Assembly (NCBI GenBank): GCA_013166835.1
Contig: JABLTI010000044.1
Coordinates: 1 to 48,907, forward strand
Reading direction: 5' to 3'
Origin: Promethearchaeati archaeon
Lineage (GTDB): Archaea; Asgardarchaeota; Heimdallarchaeia; JABLTI01
DNA: 48,907 bases
The translations under genes and the position numbers were made by a program. Shown here piece after piece: positions 1-9,367 of this stretch (position 1 is the first letter of the stretch; every line of letters starts with the position of its first letter). The notes beneath the pieces were generated by a model. It did not search any database and was not told the origin of the DNA. It worked only from the letters and a program-made list of their open reading frames with translations.

Positions 1-18
1 ACACACGTAAATATCACA

Positions 19-123
19 GCACAGGTTGTCTAGCGGTTGGGCGGCGGACTGCAGATCCGCTTTACGTGAGACATGCTGGGTAACTCCCTTCATGCACGAA
101 TTCGAATCTCACCCTGTGCTCCA
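19..123 (+). tRNA. tRNA-Cys(GCA) with 30-nt intron in the T arm and encoded CCA
   Basis: Acceptor stem GCACAGG(19-25)/CCTGTGC(113-119), discriminator T120, CCA 121-123; anticodon arm GCGGA-CT-GCA-GA-TCCGC (44-60); T arm GTGAG(66-70)/TTCGAAT/CTCAC(108-112) restored by removing 71-100. Confidence 0.95.
71..100 (+). other. tRNA intron at position 53/54 with bulge-helix-bulge-type splice motif
   Basis: Central helix CGTG(65-68)/CACG(95-98), 3-nt bulges AGA(69-71) and AAT(99-101), intron helix CATG(72-75)/CATG(91-94); cutting after the second bulge nucleotide on each side gives a perfect T arm. Confidence 0.9.
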
Positions 124-158
124 CTTATTTCTAAAAATTGCTAATGGGTGAATGATGA

Positions 159-656
159 TTGACTGAAACACAAGAACTCATGGATTTGACTCAAAAAGTT
201 CTCGATGAGCTTACTATTCGAGATTTATCTCTTGCTATTGCTGAAAGCTGTACAGGTGGTTTAGCATCCTCTATTTTAACCGATCTCGATGGTTCTTCCG
301 ATGTTCTTTTGTATAGTATTGTTGCCTATAACTCTGAGGCTAAGGAAGAATTTCTCGGTATTCCTCATTATGTTTTACAAGATTTTGGTACTATTTCTCT
401 TGCCTGTGCTAAAGTTATGGCTGAAGGTGCTTTGCTATATGGTGCTGACATTGGTTTAGCCACTACTGGTGTTATTGGTGAATCTATTGAGGATAAGTTG
501 AAGGGAACAGCTTTTGTTGCCATTGCTGTTGCTGGTCAGAAAACTTTCGCTCGAGAGTTAGTTCTTGATCCTAAAAAATCCCGTCATGAATTAAAAGTAG
601 ATATTGTCATGAACTTATTTGAATCTTTAATCGCTGCACTTGAATCTGCTTACTAA
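159..656 (+). CDS. CinA C-terminal domain / PncC-like NMN deamidase family protein
   Basis: AESCTGG motif, AYN...K..FLG, ATTGVIG; TTG start. Confidence 0.85.
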   Translation: MTETQELMDLTQKVLDELTIRDLSLAIAESCTGGLASSILTDLDGSSDVLLYSIVAYNSEAKEEFLGIPHYVLQDFGTISLACAKVMAEGALLYGADIGLATTGVIGESIEDKLKGTAFVAIAVAGQKTFARELVLDPKKSRHELKVDIVMNLFESLIAALESAY

Positions 657-703
657 GAAACCATTTTCTTCCTTTTAAAAATAAAGAAATGTAAGAGGGT
701 GTC

Positions 704-1447
704 TTACTGTAATAGAACTTCGATTTTGATGTACACACCATCTTTCATTGGGATATTAGGATTCTCTGCTAATTTTTCTCGTAGGTTTACTGGTGCGATT
801 GCTTCCAGGATATCTTTGTTGTGGTGTGTTCTACTTGGTATGATTATTGCTCCAACGGTTCCATCTATGAATCTTGCTTTGTAACACATAACATCTCCGA
901 AGTATCGTCCTTTCTTCTCGAATCCATGTATTATGTATGGTTCTGATTGTCTTATTTGTGCGATCTTTTTCAAGTCATCGATATTTAGTATTCTTAGATT
1001 TAGTGTTCCTGGGAATGGAACGAATCCTAAGACTTCTTCAAATTGCGAAGAATATTCTTCTTGAGATATGTACCAGGCACCTTCTCCTAAACCGCTTTCA
1101 AGTTCCCCATAAATAGTGGCTGAGCGTGTTTGTGAATACAATGCTTTTGTTATCATAATGCTGAGATTTTCTAGCAGTTCGCGACCAAGTTTGGTTATTT
1201 GGACTGCTTGTCCTCTTGATGTCCTGGTCCTTTCTATTAGATGGTTTTTCTCAAGTTCTACTAAATATCTTGCTGCTGTTTGTTGTGACACCCCTAAGTA
1301 TCTTCCTAACTCACTACTTGTTATATCAATAGGATTGTTAATTGCTCCATAAATTCCTAATTTCAATACTACTGCTAATTGCTTACTATCAAAATCAACA
1401 TCACTCCCAAATAGGAAGCTTTTGTGTTCACTCTTTGCTTTTGTCAT
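704..1447 (-). CDS. ribK: CTP-dependent riboflavin kinase with N-terminal winged HTH (RbkR-like)
   Basis: HTH (SSELGRYLGVSQQTAARYL), then GLGEG, PFPGTLN, P.RTHH, E.IAP.NLR motifs of archaeal riboflavin kinase. Confidence 0.92.
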   Translation of the reverse strand: MTKAKSEHKSFLFGSDVDFDSKQLAVVLKLGIYGAINNPIDITSSELGRYLGVSQQTAARYLVELEKNHLIERTRTSRGQAVQITKLGRELLENLSIMITKALYSQTRSATIYGELESGLGEGAWYISQEEYSSQFEEVLGFVPFPGTLNLRILNIDDLKKIAQIRQSEPYIIHGFEKKGRYFGDVMCYKARFIDGTVGAIIIPSRTHHNKDILEAIAPVNLREKLAENPNIPMKDGVYIKIEVLLQ

Positions 1448-1638
1448 ACTTTTCCATTCCTATTTCATACATGCATTATGAGTCGTTATTTAGAGGTAGT
1501 TCACTTATTTTTCCAAGAAAAATTCTTTTCTTAAAAAAAATATTTATTCATACTCATATTTCAAATTTGCTACTTATTTCTGAGAATCAGTTTTTAATAA
1601 ATATTATCATATGAAACGAATGAAAAAAATGAGAAAAG

Positions 1639-1661
1639 GGATCTATAATCAGTATAGATCC
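1639..1661 (-). terminator. Hairpin followed by T-rich tract downstream of 1681..4038
   Basis: GGATCTATA-atcag-TATAGATCC perfect 9-bp inverted repeat; T-rich run follows on the minus strand. Confidence 0.55.
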
Positions 1662-1680
1662 TTATTTGTTAATGTATTCT

Positions 1681-4038
1681 TTATTTTAGTTCTCTGGAAA
1701 TAGACAAAGCTTGTCTGCCTAAGGTTTCACCAATTACTACATTCTTGAATCCATCAGATGTTGACAGGATTCCTACCCAGTCTTTTTCTGTTTCATCTTT
1801 GAATGCGATGAGCATTTCTTCGCCACCGTCTCTGTCGAAAGCAATGTATTCTGAGAAACCAACCATATCTTGCATACCAATCTTTCTAATCTTTACGCGT
1901 TCCAAAGCATCTGTAGCTTTTATATCGTCTATGATATTCTTGTTAGCGATTTCATCAATCTTTGATATGATAGTCATCTTAGCTTGTGCCTTTACTTTAC
2001 CCAAAGTCTTTGTTGGAATGTCAGATGGATCTGGGATAACCATTGTTACGTTTGATTTTATTCTCTCGGTTAACATATCGTCTAACCGATCGAAAACTGC
2101 ATCCTTACTGTAGAGAATTGCTGTCTCGATTTTTGGTCTTGGGTAGATTACAACAGCGTTTAGAAGACTTTCATGTTGACTCTTGAAGTCCATTAATAAA
2201 CTGGAAATCTTCAAAGCATCTTTAGCGAATCGTTTGTAGTAATCATCAAATCCGCCTTTTACTGCTTCAATTTCCTTTCTAACGGATGTTTCCACGACAC
2301 TGGTGATTTCTTCAATAGCGCCAATAGCTGTTTCCTCATTATTTCGGATTCCTGTGTTTGCCTGACTTGCTGTTTCGGTTAAAGTTGTTGTTGCTGTAGT
2401 GCCCATTGTTTCAACACTACTATTAGAATCAGAAGCGATTTTTTGCTTAGCTTTCTTGGCACTACTCATTAGTGCACCTTTGGTTTCAGCTAATTGCTCT
2501 TTAGCACCTGTAACTTGAGTGTCTGTAGAAGTCTTAATTTCCTCAGTTTGTTGGGTTGCAATGTTAGTAGCATCACTTGAATTTCCTGTTGTTAGGGTAT
2601 CAAGTTTACCAATAATGGCTGTCTTTGCAGTTTCATACTCATCCTTGGTTTCTGTCACAGCTCCATCAATTGCTGTATGCATTGAAGTTATTGTTTCATC
2701 GACTTTTGAATTCAAATCACCACTATAATTAGCTTTTAGCAAAGTAATGCTAGAGTTTAGGCTCTCAGTAGATGAGCTAATGACTCCCAAAGCTTTTGTA
2801 TTTTGCTCGTTAACTTTGGAAAGCATGGAAGTTGTTCCGTCTTCTACTGCTTTATTATCTAAATCAACATTAGCTGCAATTTCTTCATTGTGTTTATTAA
2901 CTAAATCACTGACAGAAGCAGTTGCTTCCTCGCATAATAAACCAATATCGGTTGCAGTTGTTTCAGTAAGGTCATCTATTTGATTCTTAAACTTTTTAGC
3001 AATCTTTGAAAGTTTGTTGCTGAATTTGCCTTTGAACTCTTCGAGGTCCTGAGTAAAATCACCTTTGACTTTCTCAAAGCTGTCACCTAATCCGGTTTTG
3101 AATTGAAGATTCATATCAATTCTGTTCTTTTTAGCTTCTTCTGTGGTTGATTTGATACTTGCTCCTTGATTATTAGTGACACTGGTTAATGTCTCACTTA
3201 GACTGTTAACATTCCCTTCTGATTCAGCTACAAAGTTATCAAGACCAGTTAGAATATGGTCTCGTGTCCCATTCAATTTTTCTTTAGAATCACTTTTTAG
3301 GGTGCCAGCCAATGCATCAGCTTTTGAAGCTATGGTACTATGAGTAGACTCCAATGAACTTGAGCCATCAGCTAGGAATGCATCATTCTTTGCTGTTATA
3401 CCATCTTTCATATCAGTAAGTGTAGTTTCAGCTTCCTCTTTTAGATTAGTAGCAAAAGTATCCAAGTTCTCATTTGTACTAGTCTCATAAGTATCAGCAG
3501 TTTCTGTTTGATTTTTTAAGAAGCTATTAGCAGCGCTAGTTATACTCTTCTTTGTTGAATCCACAGTTGATGTAATAGTTGCTGATGATTCTCCTAGTTT
3601 TGTATCAATAGCTTGTCTGTTTTCCTCACTGTTCTGAGAAACTTTATCAGAGCTTCGTTTCTTTTCACTTCGAACGTGTGCTTCAGTGTCCTTCATCACT
3701 TGATCAAAATGCGCGATCATCTCAGCCACGTAGCTTTTGAGTTCAGTAACGAGTTGATCTATTTTCTCGGAATCCTTACCTGCTTCTGCTGCAATCTCTC
3801 TAAATGGGTATAATCCTATTGCTTTATCGACTAACCCTTCAATGTTGTAAGCATAATTTCTTTCAATTAGTGCTGCAGTAGTTGCTTTAATTTTAGAGAT
3901 GGGTTTTATCTTAGTATACTTAGATATTTCTCCAGCAGTTAAAGGTCCAAGAGCAAGTAATGAAACATACACTTTCTGCTCATCTTCACTTAAACCAATC
4001 CTTTCCAGGAACGGTAATTTAGGAATTTCTGTAGACAT
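1681..4038 (-). CDS. TrmB-like winged HTH + ~550-aa helical rod + TrmB-type C-terminal domain protein
   Basis: N-term LERIGLSEDEQKVYVSLLALGPLTAGEISKYT is TrmB-like; long proline-free Ala/Thr/Ser/Lys/Glu helical middle; alpha/beta C-term with DRDGGEEML motif. Confidence 0.75.
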   Translation of the reverse strand: MSTEIPKLPFLERIGLSEDEQKVYVSLLALGPLTAGEISKYTKIKPISKIKATTAALIERNYAYNIEGLVDKAIGLYPFREIAAEAGKDSEKIDQLVTELKSYVAEMIAHFDQVMKDTEAHVRSEKKRSSDKVSQNSEENRQAIDTKLGESSATITSTVDSTKKSITSAANSFLKNQTETADTYETSTNENLDTFATNLKEEAETTLTDMKDGITAKNDAFLADGSSSLESTHSTIASKADALAGTLKSDSKEKLNGTRDHILTGLDNFVAESEGNVNSLSETLTSVTNNQGASIKSTTEEAKKNRIDMNLQFKTGLGDSFEKVKGDFTQDLEEFKGKFSNKLSKIAKKFKNQIDDLTETTATDIGLLCEEATASVSDLVNKHNEEIAANVDLDNKAVEDGTTSMLSKVNEQNTKALGVISSSTESLNSSITLLKANYSGDLNSKVDETITSMHTAIDGAVTETKDEYETAKTAIIGKLDTLTTGNSSDATNIATQQTEEIKTSTDTQVTGAKEQLAETKGALMSSAKKAKQKIASDSNSSVETMGTTATTTLTETASQANTGIRNNEETAIGAIEEITSVVETSVRKEIEAVKGGFDDYYKRFAKDALKISSLLMDFKSQHESLLNAVVIYPRPKIETAILYSKDAVFDRLDDMLTERIKSNVTMVIPDPSDIPTKTLGKVKAQAKMTIISKIDEIANKNIIDDIKATDALERVKIRKIGMQDMVGFSEYIAFDRDGGEEMLIAFKDETEKDWVGILSTSDGFKNVVIGETLGRQALSISRELK

Positions 4039-4274
4039 AATATTTTCCCCTCATAATTCAATATTGTACAATATGACTTTTAATTTCACATAATATCGAC
4101 ATAGTAATTCGATACTTTTCGGACTGCTAATAACACTCCGAAGTTTGCAAGTAAAACAAAAATACCTTATGCTTTTTAATTTAATTATAGAGTCATGTCT
4201 AGGGAAATTCGCTAAATTCAAAATCAATTATTTCATTTATTGATTTGGGAAAAGAAAAAATGGTTAAAAATGTC

Positions 4275-5024
4275 TTACAATGTTCCTTCTTCTATTGCTT
4301 TGATATCTAAGAAGGATTCAAGGATGCCTTCGTAAATTTTACCGTCTATGATTGTTAATGGGCGCTTTGCTTGAGATGCTATGGTATCTTCGTGAGTTAC
4401 GACTATTAGTGTCACATTTTCTTCTTCGTTGATTTTAACTAAATAATCCATAATCTCTCGAGAAGTATTACTATCTAATTGTCCTGTGGGTTCATCGAGA
4501 AGAATAACTTCTGGTTTATTTGCAAGTGCACGAGCAATAGCAATTCTTTGTCTTTGCCCACCACTAAGCTCCATTGGAAAGTGATTTCCTCTATCAGGCA
4601 GCCCAATTATCTCGAGAAGTTCTTGAACTCGGTCTTCACGTTCTCCAGCAGGGGTACCATTAATAATCATTGGAAGAGCAATATTTTCAGATGCTGTCAG
4701 AATTTCTAATAAATTAAAAGCTTGAAAAACAAAACCAACTTTAGTTCTTCGCAAATCTCTAACCTCTGCTCCAGTCATCTCAGAGATTTTTTTACCATTA
4801 AAGATAATCTCTCCTGAAGTTGGGGTATCAATGGATCCGATTAAGTTTAGAAAAGTTGTTTTCCCACTACCTGAAGGTCCAACAATAGTTGCATAATCTC
4901 CTCTCTTAATAGCAAAATCAATACCATTGATAGCTTTTATGGTAGTTTCACCAAAGGGATATTCCTTTGTTAAACCGGTAGTTATGATTACATGATCTTC
5001 TTCTGACAGAATACTCACTTCCAA
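4275..5024 (-). CDS. ABC transporter ATP-binding protein (LolD/MacB-like)
   Basis: Walker A GPSGSGKT, GFVFQAFNL, signature LSGGQRQR, Walker B ILLDEPT, VVTH. Confidence 0.93.
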   Translation of the reverse strand: MEVSILSEEDHVIITTGLTKEYPFGETTIKAINGIDFAIKRGDYATIVGPSGSGKTTFLNLIGSIDTPTSGEIIFNGKKISEMTGAEVRDLRRTKVGFVFQAFNLLEILTASENIALPMIINGTPAGEREDRVQELLEIIGLPDRGNHFPMELSGGQRQRIAIARALANKPEVILLDEPTGQLDSNTSREIMDYLVKINEEENVTLIVVTHEDTIASQAKRPLTIIDGKIYEGILESFLDIKAIEEGTL

Positions 5025-5106
5025 TTAACTTACCCAAAGTTTCTAGCTGTAAAAAGCATTTCGAATAATCTTAATTTAATGAGTTATTAAACAAACAATA
5101 GTTTAA

Positions 5107-5427
5107 TTATTCGGGTTCTAGAGGGATTACTGCAGCCATGATAAGATAAACAATTGCTATTGTGCTGCCCGAAACAAAAAAGGCGATAACCCAAAGGATT
5201 CTCATTAAATCAACTTCCATATCGAAATATTTAGCTAACCCAGCAGCTAAACCAGTTATCATCTTGTTCGTGCGGGATCTATATAGTGTTTTCTCAGAAG
5301 TTTGAGCAGATCTATTCTTCTTATCTGCTTTCTTCTCTCTTTCTATTGTGAGATTTTCTCCACAACCTACACAAAATTCTGCTGTTTTTTTATTTGCTAC
5401 TCCACATCTAGTACAATATTCTGGCAT
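5107..5427 (-). CDS. Zinc-ribbon + PspC domain membrane protein
   Basis: CTRCG...FCVGCG ribbon; PspC signature LYRSRTNKMITGLAAGLAKYF...RILWV...YLIMAAVIP. Confidence 0.88.
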   Translation of the reverse strand: MPEYCTRCGVANKKTAEFCVGCGENLTIEREKKADKKNRSAQTSEKTLYRSRTNKMITGLAAGLAKYFDMEVDLMRILWVIAFFVSGSTIAIVYLIMAAVIPLEPE

Positions 5428-5567
5428 GAAACAATAACACCTTTTAATTTGACATATTTTTATTGGGTGATTTGCTTTTAAAACATTATCAAACGAAACT
5501 GTTAGGATTCGTACTTAGTGTTATTACTCTATCAATTCTAGCATTCTAATAAGTGAGATAGAGGTAG

Positions 5568-7505
5568 TCACTTCCTTCTTCTAATGACGACTGGAACTAT
5601 TAACAGAATAAGACATATCAAAGGTGAAATCGCTGGAAATTGTAAAGTAACTCCTCTTATTGTTAAGGTTAATGTATAGTTAGTCGGGAACTGAGCTATA
5701 CCATCAATTTGTGTATTCTGAATCAAAATGATGAATCCACCTGCATCACTGATAGAGTAGGTAACAGATTCTTTAGATGTTTGTGATTCACTTTTACCCA
5801 AGATCTCAGAGGGGTCCCCTGAATAATCATTGGGAAGAATATACAAATCCAAATCAATGTGTGTATTATCAAACTCTATTTCAACAATGAAATTGGTTCC
5901 TTCTTCAACTGAAATCTTGAAGTAGTCAAAATCTGCGTAGATTAGGTCATAAGTGGAGTTAAGTATATCCAATGAAATTGCTTCTTCAAAAATGTCATTC
6001 TCCTCGTAGAGATCATCTTCGATTTCCCCTGGATAAGTAGTTACAATTAATGAATAGTTCGTAATCAACAGACTTTGGTAACTTTCACTGATTTCTATGA
6101 AATAAATGCCTGTATATGGACACTTTATGTTTACTTCTCCTCTAACTGCAAGGTTCCTTTCACGTTTTAATATAGCTTCATTACTAGCATAAATACTCAC
6201 GTCAATAATATAGTCTTCAGAAGCAGTTAGAATGGTTACATTAAGATGATAAAATCTATGAGCTTCTACCATGAAATAATCATAATCTAGACAAGCAAGA
6301 TTATACCAAGTATCGAGAGAAATAGTCTTAGCATAGTCAAAATCATCATTCTCTTCCAGATAATCATCATCAGGAAAGTTTGGGAGACTAAACTCAGTCC
6401 AGTTGATTTCCGCTTTAGTTACTAAGGGGTAAGGATCTTCAATATCTGAGATACTATTAATGATATACGAACCAATTCCTGACCAATCAGACCAGAAATT
6501 ACCTTTGTTAATCTGAGAGTTATACCATACATTTGTTAGGCTTTGATCAGTAGCTTGACTTGAGTTATCATTATTATTTAGAAAACTATTTTGATGAATG
6601 ATATTCTGTGTACAAGATGGAGTTTTGATGTAAATACCAGAAGATGAACAATTAATTATTTCGTTAAAGCAAATCTCATTATAAGAAGAATCCTCAAGGC
6701 GTATTCCAAATTCAGTTTGTTGACAAGAAATAAGATTGTTGACAATTTTAGATTGCCAGACTTCAATAAAGTCAAATACTGCAGCATTGTCTTGAATAGC
6801 ATAACATGTGTTGTTATAAATCTGAATGTGAGAGGTGTAAAACAATCTAAAATTAGTAGCCCAACCAGAACAAGTGTTATTTGCTATTTTTATGAATCTA
6901 CAATCAAACATTTCCATCGTACTAACATAAGAAGTAACTGGCAAGCTATTAGTAAAAAGATTATTAGAAATTTCTACATATCTACACAAGTAAGTATGAA
7001 TACCAATTATACAATCTACAAAGGTATTATTAGCAATAATAAAAATATCACACTCAGAAATAGAAACACCATTAATCCTACAATCAGAAATTGAATTGTT
7101 AATAACATCTACAGAACTGTTAATTGAATTATGAAAAATAATGCCAAAATCTCGTGCAACTAATTCGCAACTTTGCACTACAAAATGAACTTCAAACATG
7201 TCAGAAATACTAATCGCAGCATATGTTGTAGGTTCGTTTATACTCAAATTTTCAATCCGATAAGGATCCTCTCTCGTTCCAGAACCAGGCAAACCATATG
7301 TAAGAATATCCTCTTCAGAATCAATGTTAATTGGTTCATGTGATAAAGAATTGATTATTGAATTAGAGGGATTTTCCTTATTAATGGAGAAATTCTCTGA
7401 TACCAGCAAAGTTGAATTAAGACAACAACTAGTTACAAAAATTGAACATAATATAAAGCTAATAAGAAATCCCTTAATCTTCACAGTAGACTCCCATATA
7501 ATCAT
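5568..7505 (-). CDS. Secreted/anchored right-handed beta-helix (NosD/CASH-like) protein with two PPC-like domains
   Basis: Hydrophobic N-term; GSGT..DPY.IENL and repeated I.NN motifs; GNFWSDW; two DDxxEENDxFxxA motifs; C-terminal TM helix + RRRK. Confidence 0.8.
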   Translation of the reverse strand: MIIWESTVKIKGFLISFILCSIFVTSCCLNSTLLVSENFSINKENPSNSIINSLSHEPINIDSEEDILTYGLPGSGTREDPYRIENLSINEPTTYAAISISDMFEVHFVVQSCELVARDFGIIFHNSINSSVDVINNSISDCRINGVSISECDIFIIANNTFVDCIIGIHTYLCRYVEISNNLFTNSLPVTSYVSTMEMFDCRFIKIANNTCSGWATNFRLFYTSHIQIYNNTCYAIQDNAAVFDFIEVWQSKIVNNLISCQQTEFGIRLEDSSYNEICFNEIINCSSSGIYIKTPSCTQNIIHQNSFLNNNDNSSQATDQSLTNVWYNSQINKGNFWSDWSGIGSYIINSISDIEDPYPLVTKAEINWTEFSLPNFPDDDYLEENDDFDYAKTISLDTWYNLACLDYDYFMVEAHRFYHLNVTILTASEDYIIDVSIYASNEAILKRERNLAVRGEVNIKCPYTGIYFIEISESYQSLLITNYSLIVTTYPGEIEDDLYEENDIFEEAISLDILNSTYDLIYADFDYFKISVEEGTNFIVEIEFDNTHIDLDLYILPNDYSGDPSEILGKSESQTSKESVTYSISDAGGFIILIQNTQIDGIAQFPTNYTLTLTIRGVTLQFPAISPLICLILLIVPVVIRRRK

Positions 7506-7762
7506 TAAATTAAAGAAATTAAAATTTATTCACTCTACAATTGATAAAGTCATCTTTTTAGTCATCTTCATTGTCTAATAAACAAAATCCATCATACCTC
7601 TTTTTACTGGAACTTATTTATTTAAATTAAGAATCTCACAAACGAATAAAAATTATATAACTGAAGCTAAGAGTTACCAAAATTTCTATTTTTTCTATCT
7701 CTCAAAAAACAATTATTAATTTTCGCGTTGGAGAAAAAATATAAGTTTCTATTTTATTAGAA

Positions 7763-9011
7763 TTAACTGTTGTTATTTAATAAGTGTGAATACTCACTTT
7801 TAATATATTTATTAATTTCATCATCAACTTTTCTACATGCAATTTTTAAGAGTGCATTTTTAGTTTTTTCATCTTCTATACATACTAAGAAATCAATTGC
7901 TAAATCAAAATTTATTGGATTTTTTAAAATATACTTGTAAAGATAATCAATTACTTTTGGAATAATTGATGAATTTTTTATTTTTTCTATAACGGGTTCT
8001 GCAAACCCATAAATCTTCAAACGGTGATCCTAAGTAATCTTCAAACATTCTTTGAATTAAGCTAAAATAATATTCTTCTTCAATAATTCCATTTTCCTTG
8101 AATGTTGTATCTATTAATTCTAGCATTGATTCATCATATTCTGCTTCCCATCCTTCAATTTCCACATACATATATTGACATCTATAATGTCTATCATAAA
8201 ATCCCCATTTAATCAAGATTAAAGTATGAATGCTATTTCTATCCTTTATTTTTCCTAATGCTTCAATCGCTTTTCTTTCTAAAATATTAATACTACCTCT
8301 AACAATTTTGTTGAGAATTGGAATTGCATCTTTTTCTTGCTTTTTCAAAAGTATTTCAATTATCCTTTGACCCGCAATTGCTTCAATACTATCATCAGCT
8401 AAAACCCATTGATCATGATAATAATCATTTTCTGCTACAGAAATAAACTGAATAAATTGTAAAATAAGAATTAGATGTTGTATAGCATAATCAACTAAGT
8501 TTTTTTCTTCAATAACATTAATTACCTCTAAAACAAGTTCACCTTTGATTAGACGAAAATTCCCATCTCCATTGACTTCTTTGCTTATTTCAAATAACAA
8601 ACTTGTTTTCTTTTCATTACTAATATCAAATTCTTTTAATTTTGATAAAATTCTTTTCTGACAACCATAATCAGATATTTCTGTTAAAATATATTTATCT
8701 AATTTCAAATAATACTCGATAGCTTTAGCTTGTTCCTTTTCAGACAATATTTCTATAAACAAAAGTATCTGATTAATTATACCTTGGCTAGTTTCATAGT
8801 ATCTATAATGCCAACGAAAATTATTAAATAGATAATCAATTAATTTTTCGATATCTTGTTTCCTCTCAGCAACAAGGTTCATGAGTCCTTGTATTATTTT
8901 TTTATCTTCCTCATATTTTGAAAGTAGAAATTGATCTGATTGTATATCTTTTTGATATTTTTTATCAACAGCAACTATTTTCTCATACAAATCATCTTTG
9001 CAAAAAGACAT
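7763..9011 (-). pseudogene. HEAT-repeat-like helical protein, split by an apparent 1-nt frameshift (ORFs 7947..9011 and 7763..8020)
   Basis: PBS-lyase HEAT-like segment AIPILNKIV...ERKAIEALGKIKDRNSIHTL; overlapping ORFs join as ...FEDYLGSPFEDYGFAEPVIEK if one base near 8010 is removed. Confidence 0.55.
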
Positions 9012-9367
9012 TGTTTTTCCCTTGTAAAGAACTACCTTAATAACCTATAAAAAGTTCTAAAATACTAATAGCTTTTAAATCCATGTTTAATATACAAGCA
9101 TGATAGACAAAGAGTAAGTTTTTATGTTTTTAATATGGAAGAGATGAATTACTTGTACATATTTCTGTAAAACGGGCACAATGGGAAAAATACAAGTACA
9201 GAGAAACAAAAAACGACCAAAAATTTTAAAGCAAACACGGGGAACCACTAAAATGCAGATTAAGTTCTGGAATTAGAAATCCATACAAAACAATTATAAA
9301 CATAGAATTCTGCAAAAAAGAAACATAAACAAATCAAAAGATAATGAAAATTTAGGTGTAAACAAAA

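Noticed and set aside
1681-4038. Annotation as SMC or methyl-accepting chemotaxis protein
   Set aside because: No Walker A/B or hinge, no MCP hairpin signature; similarity would be compositional only
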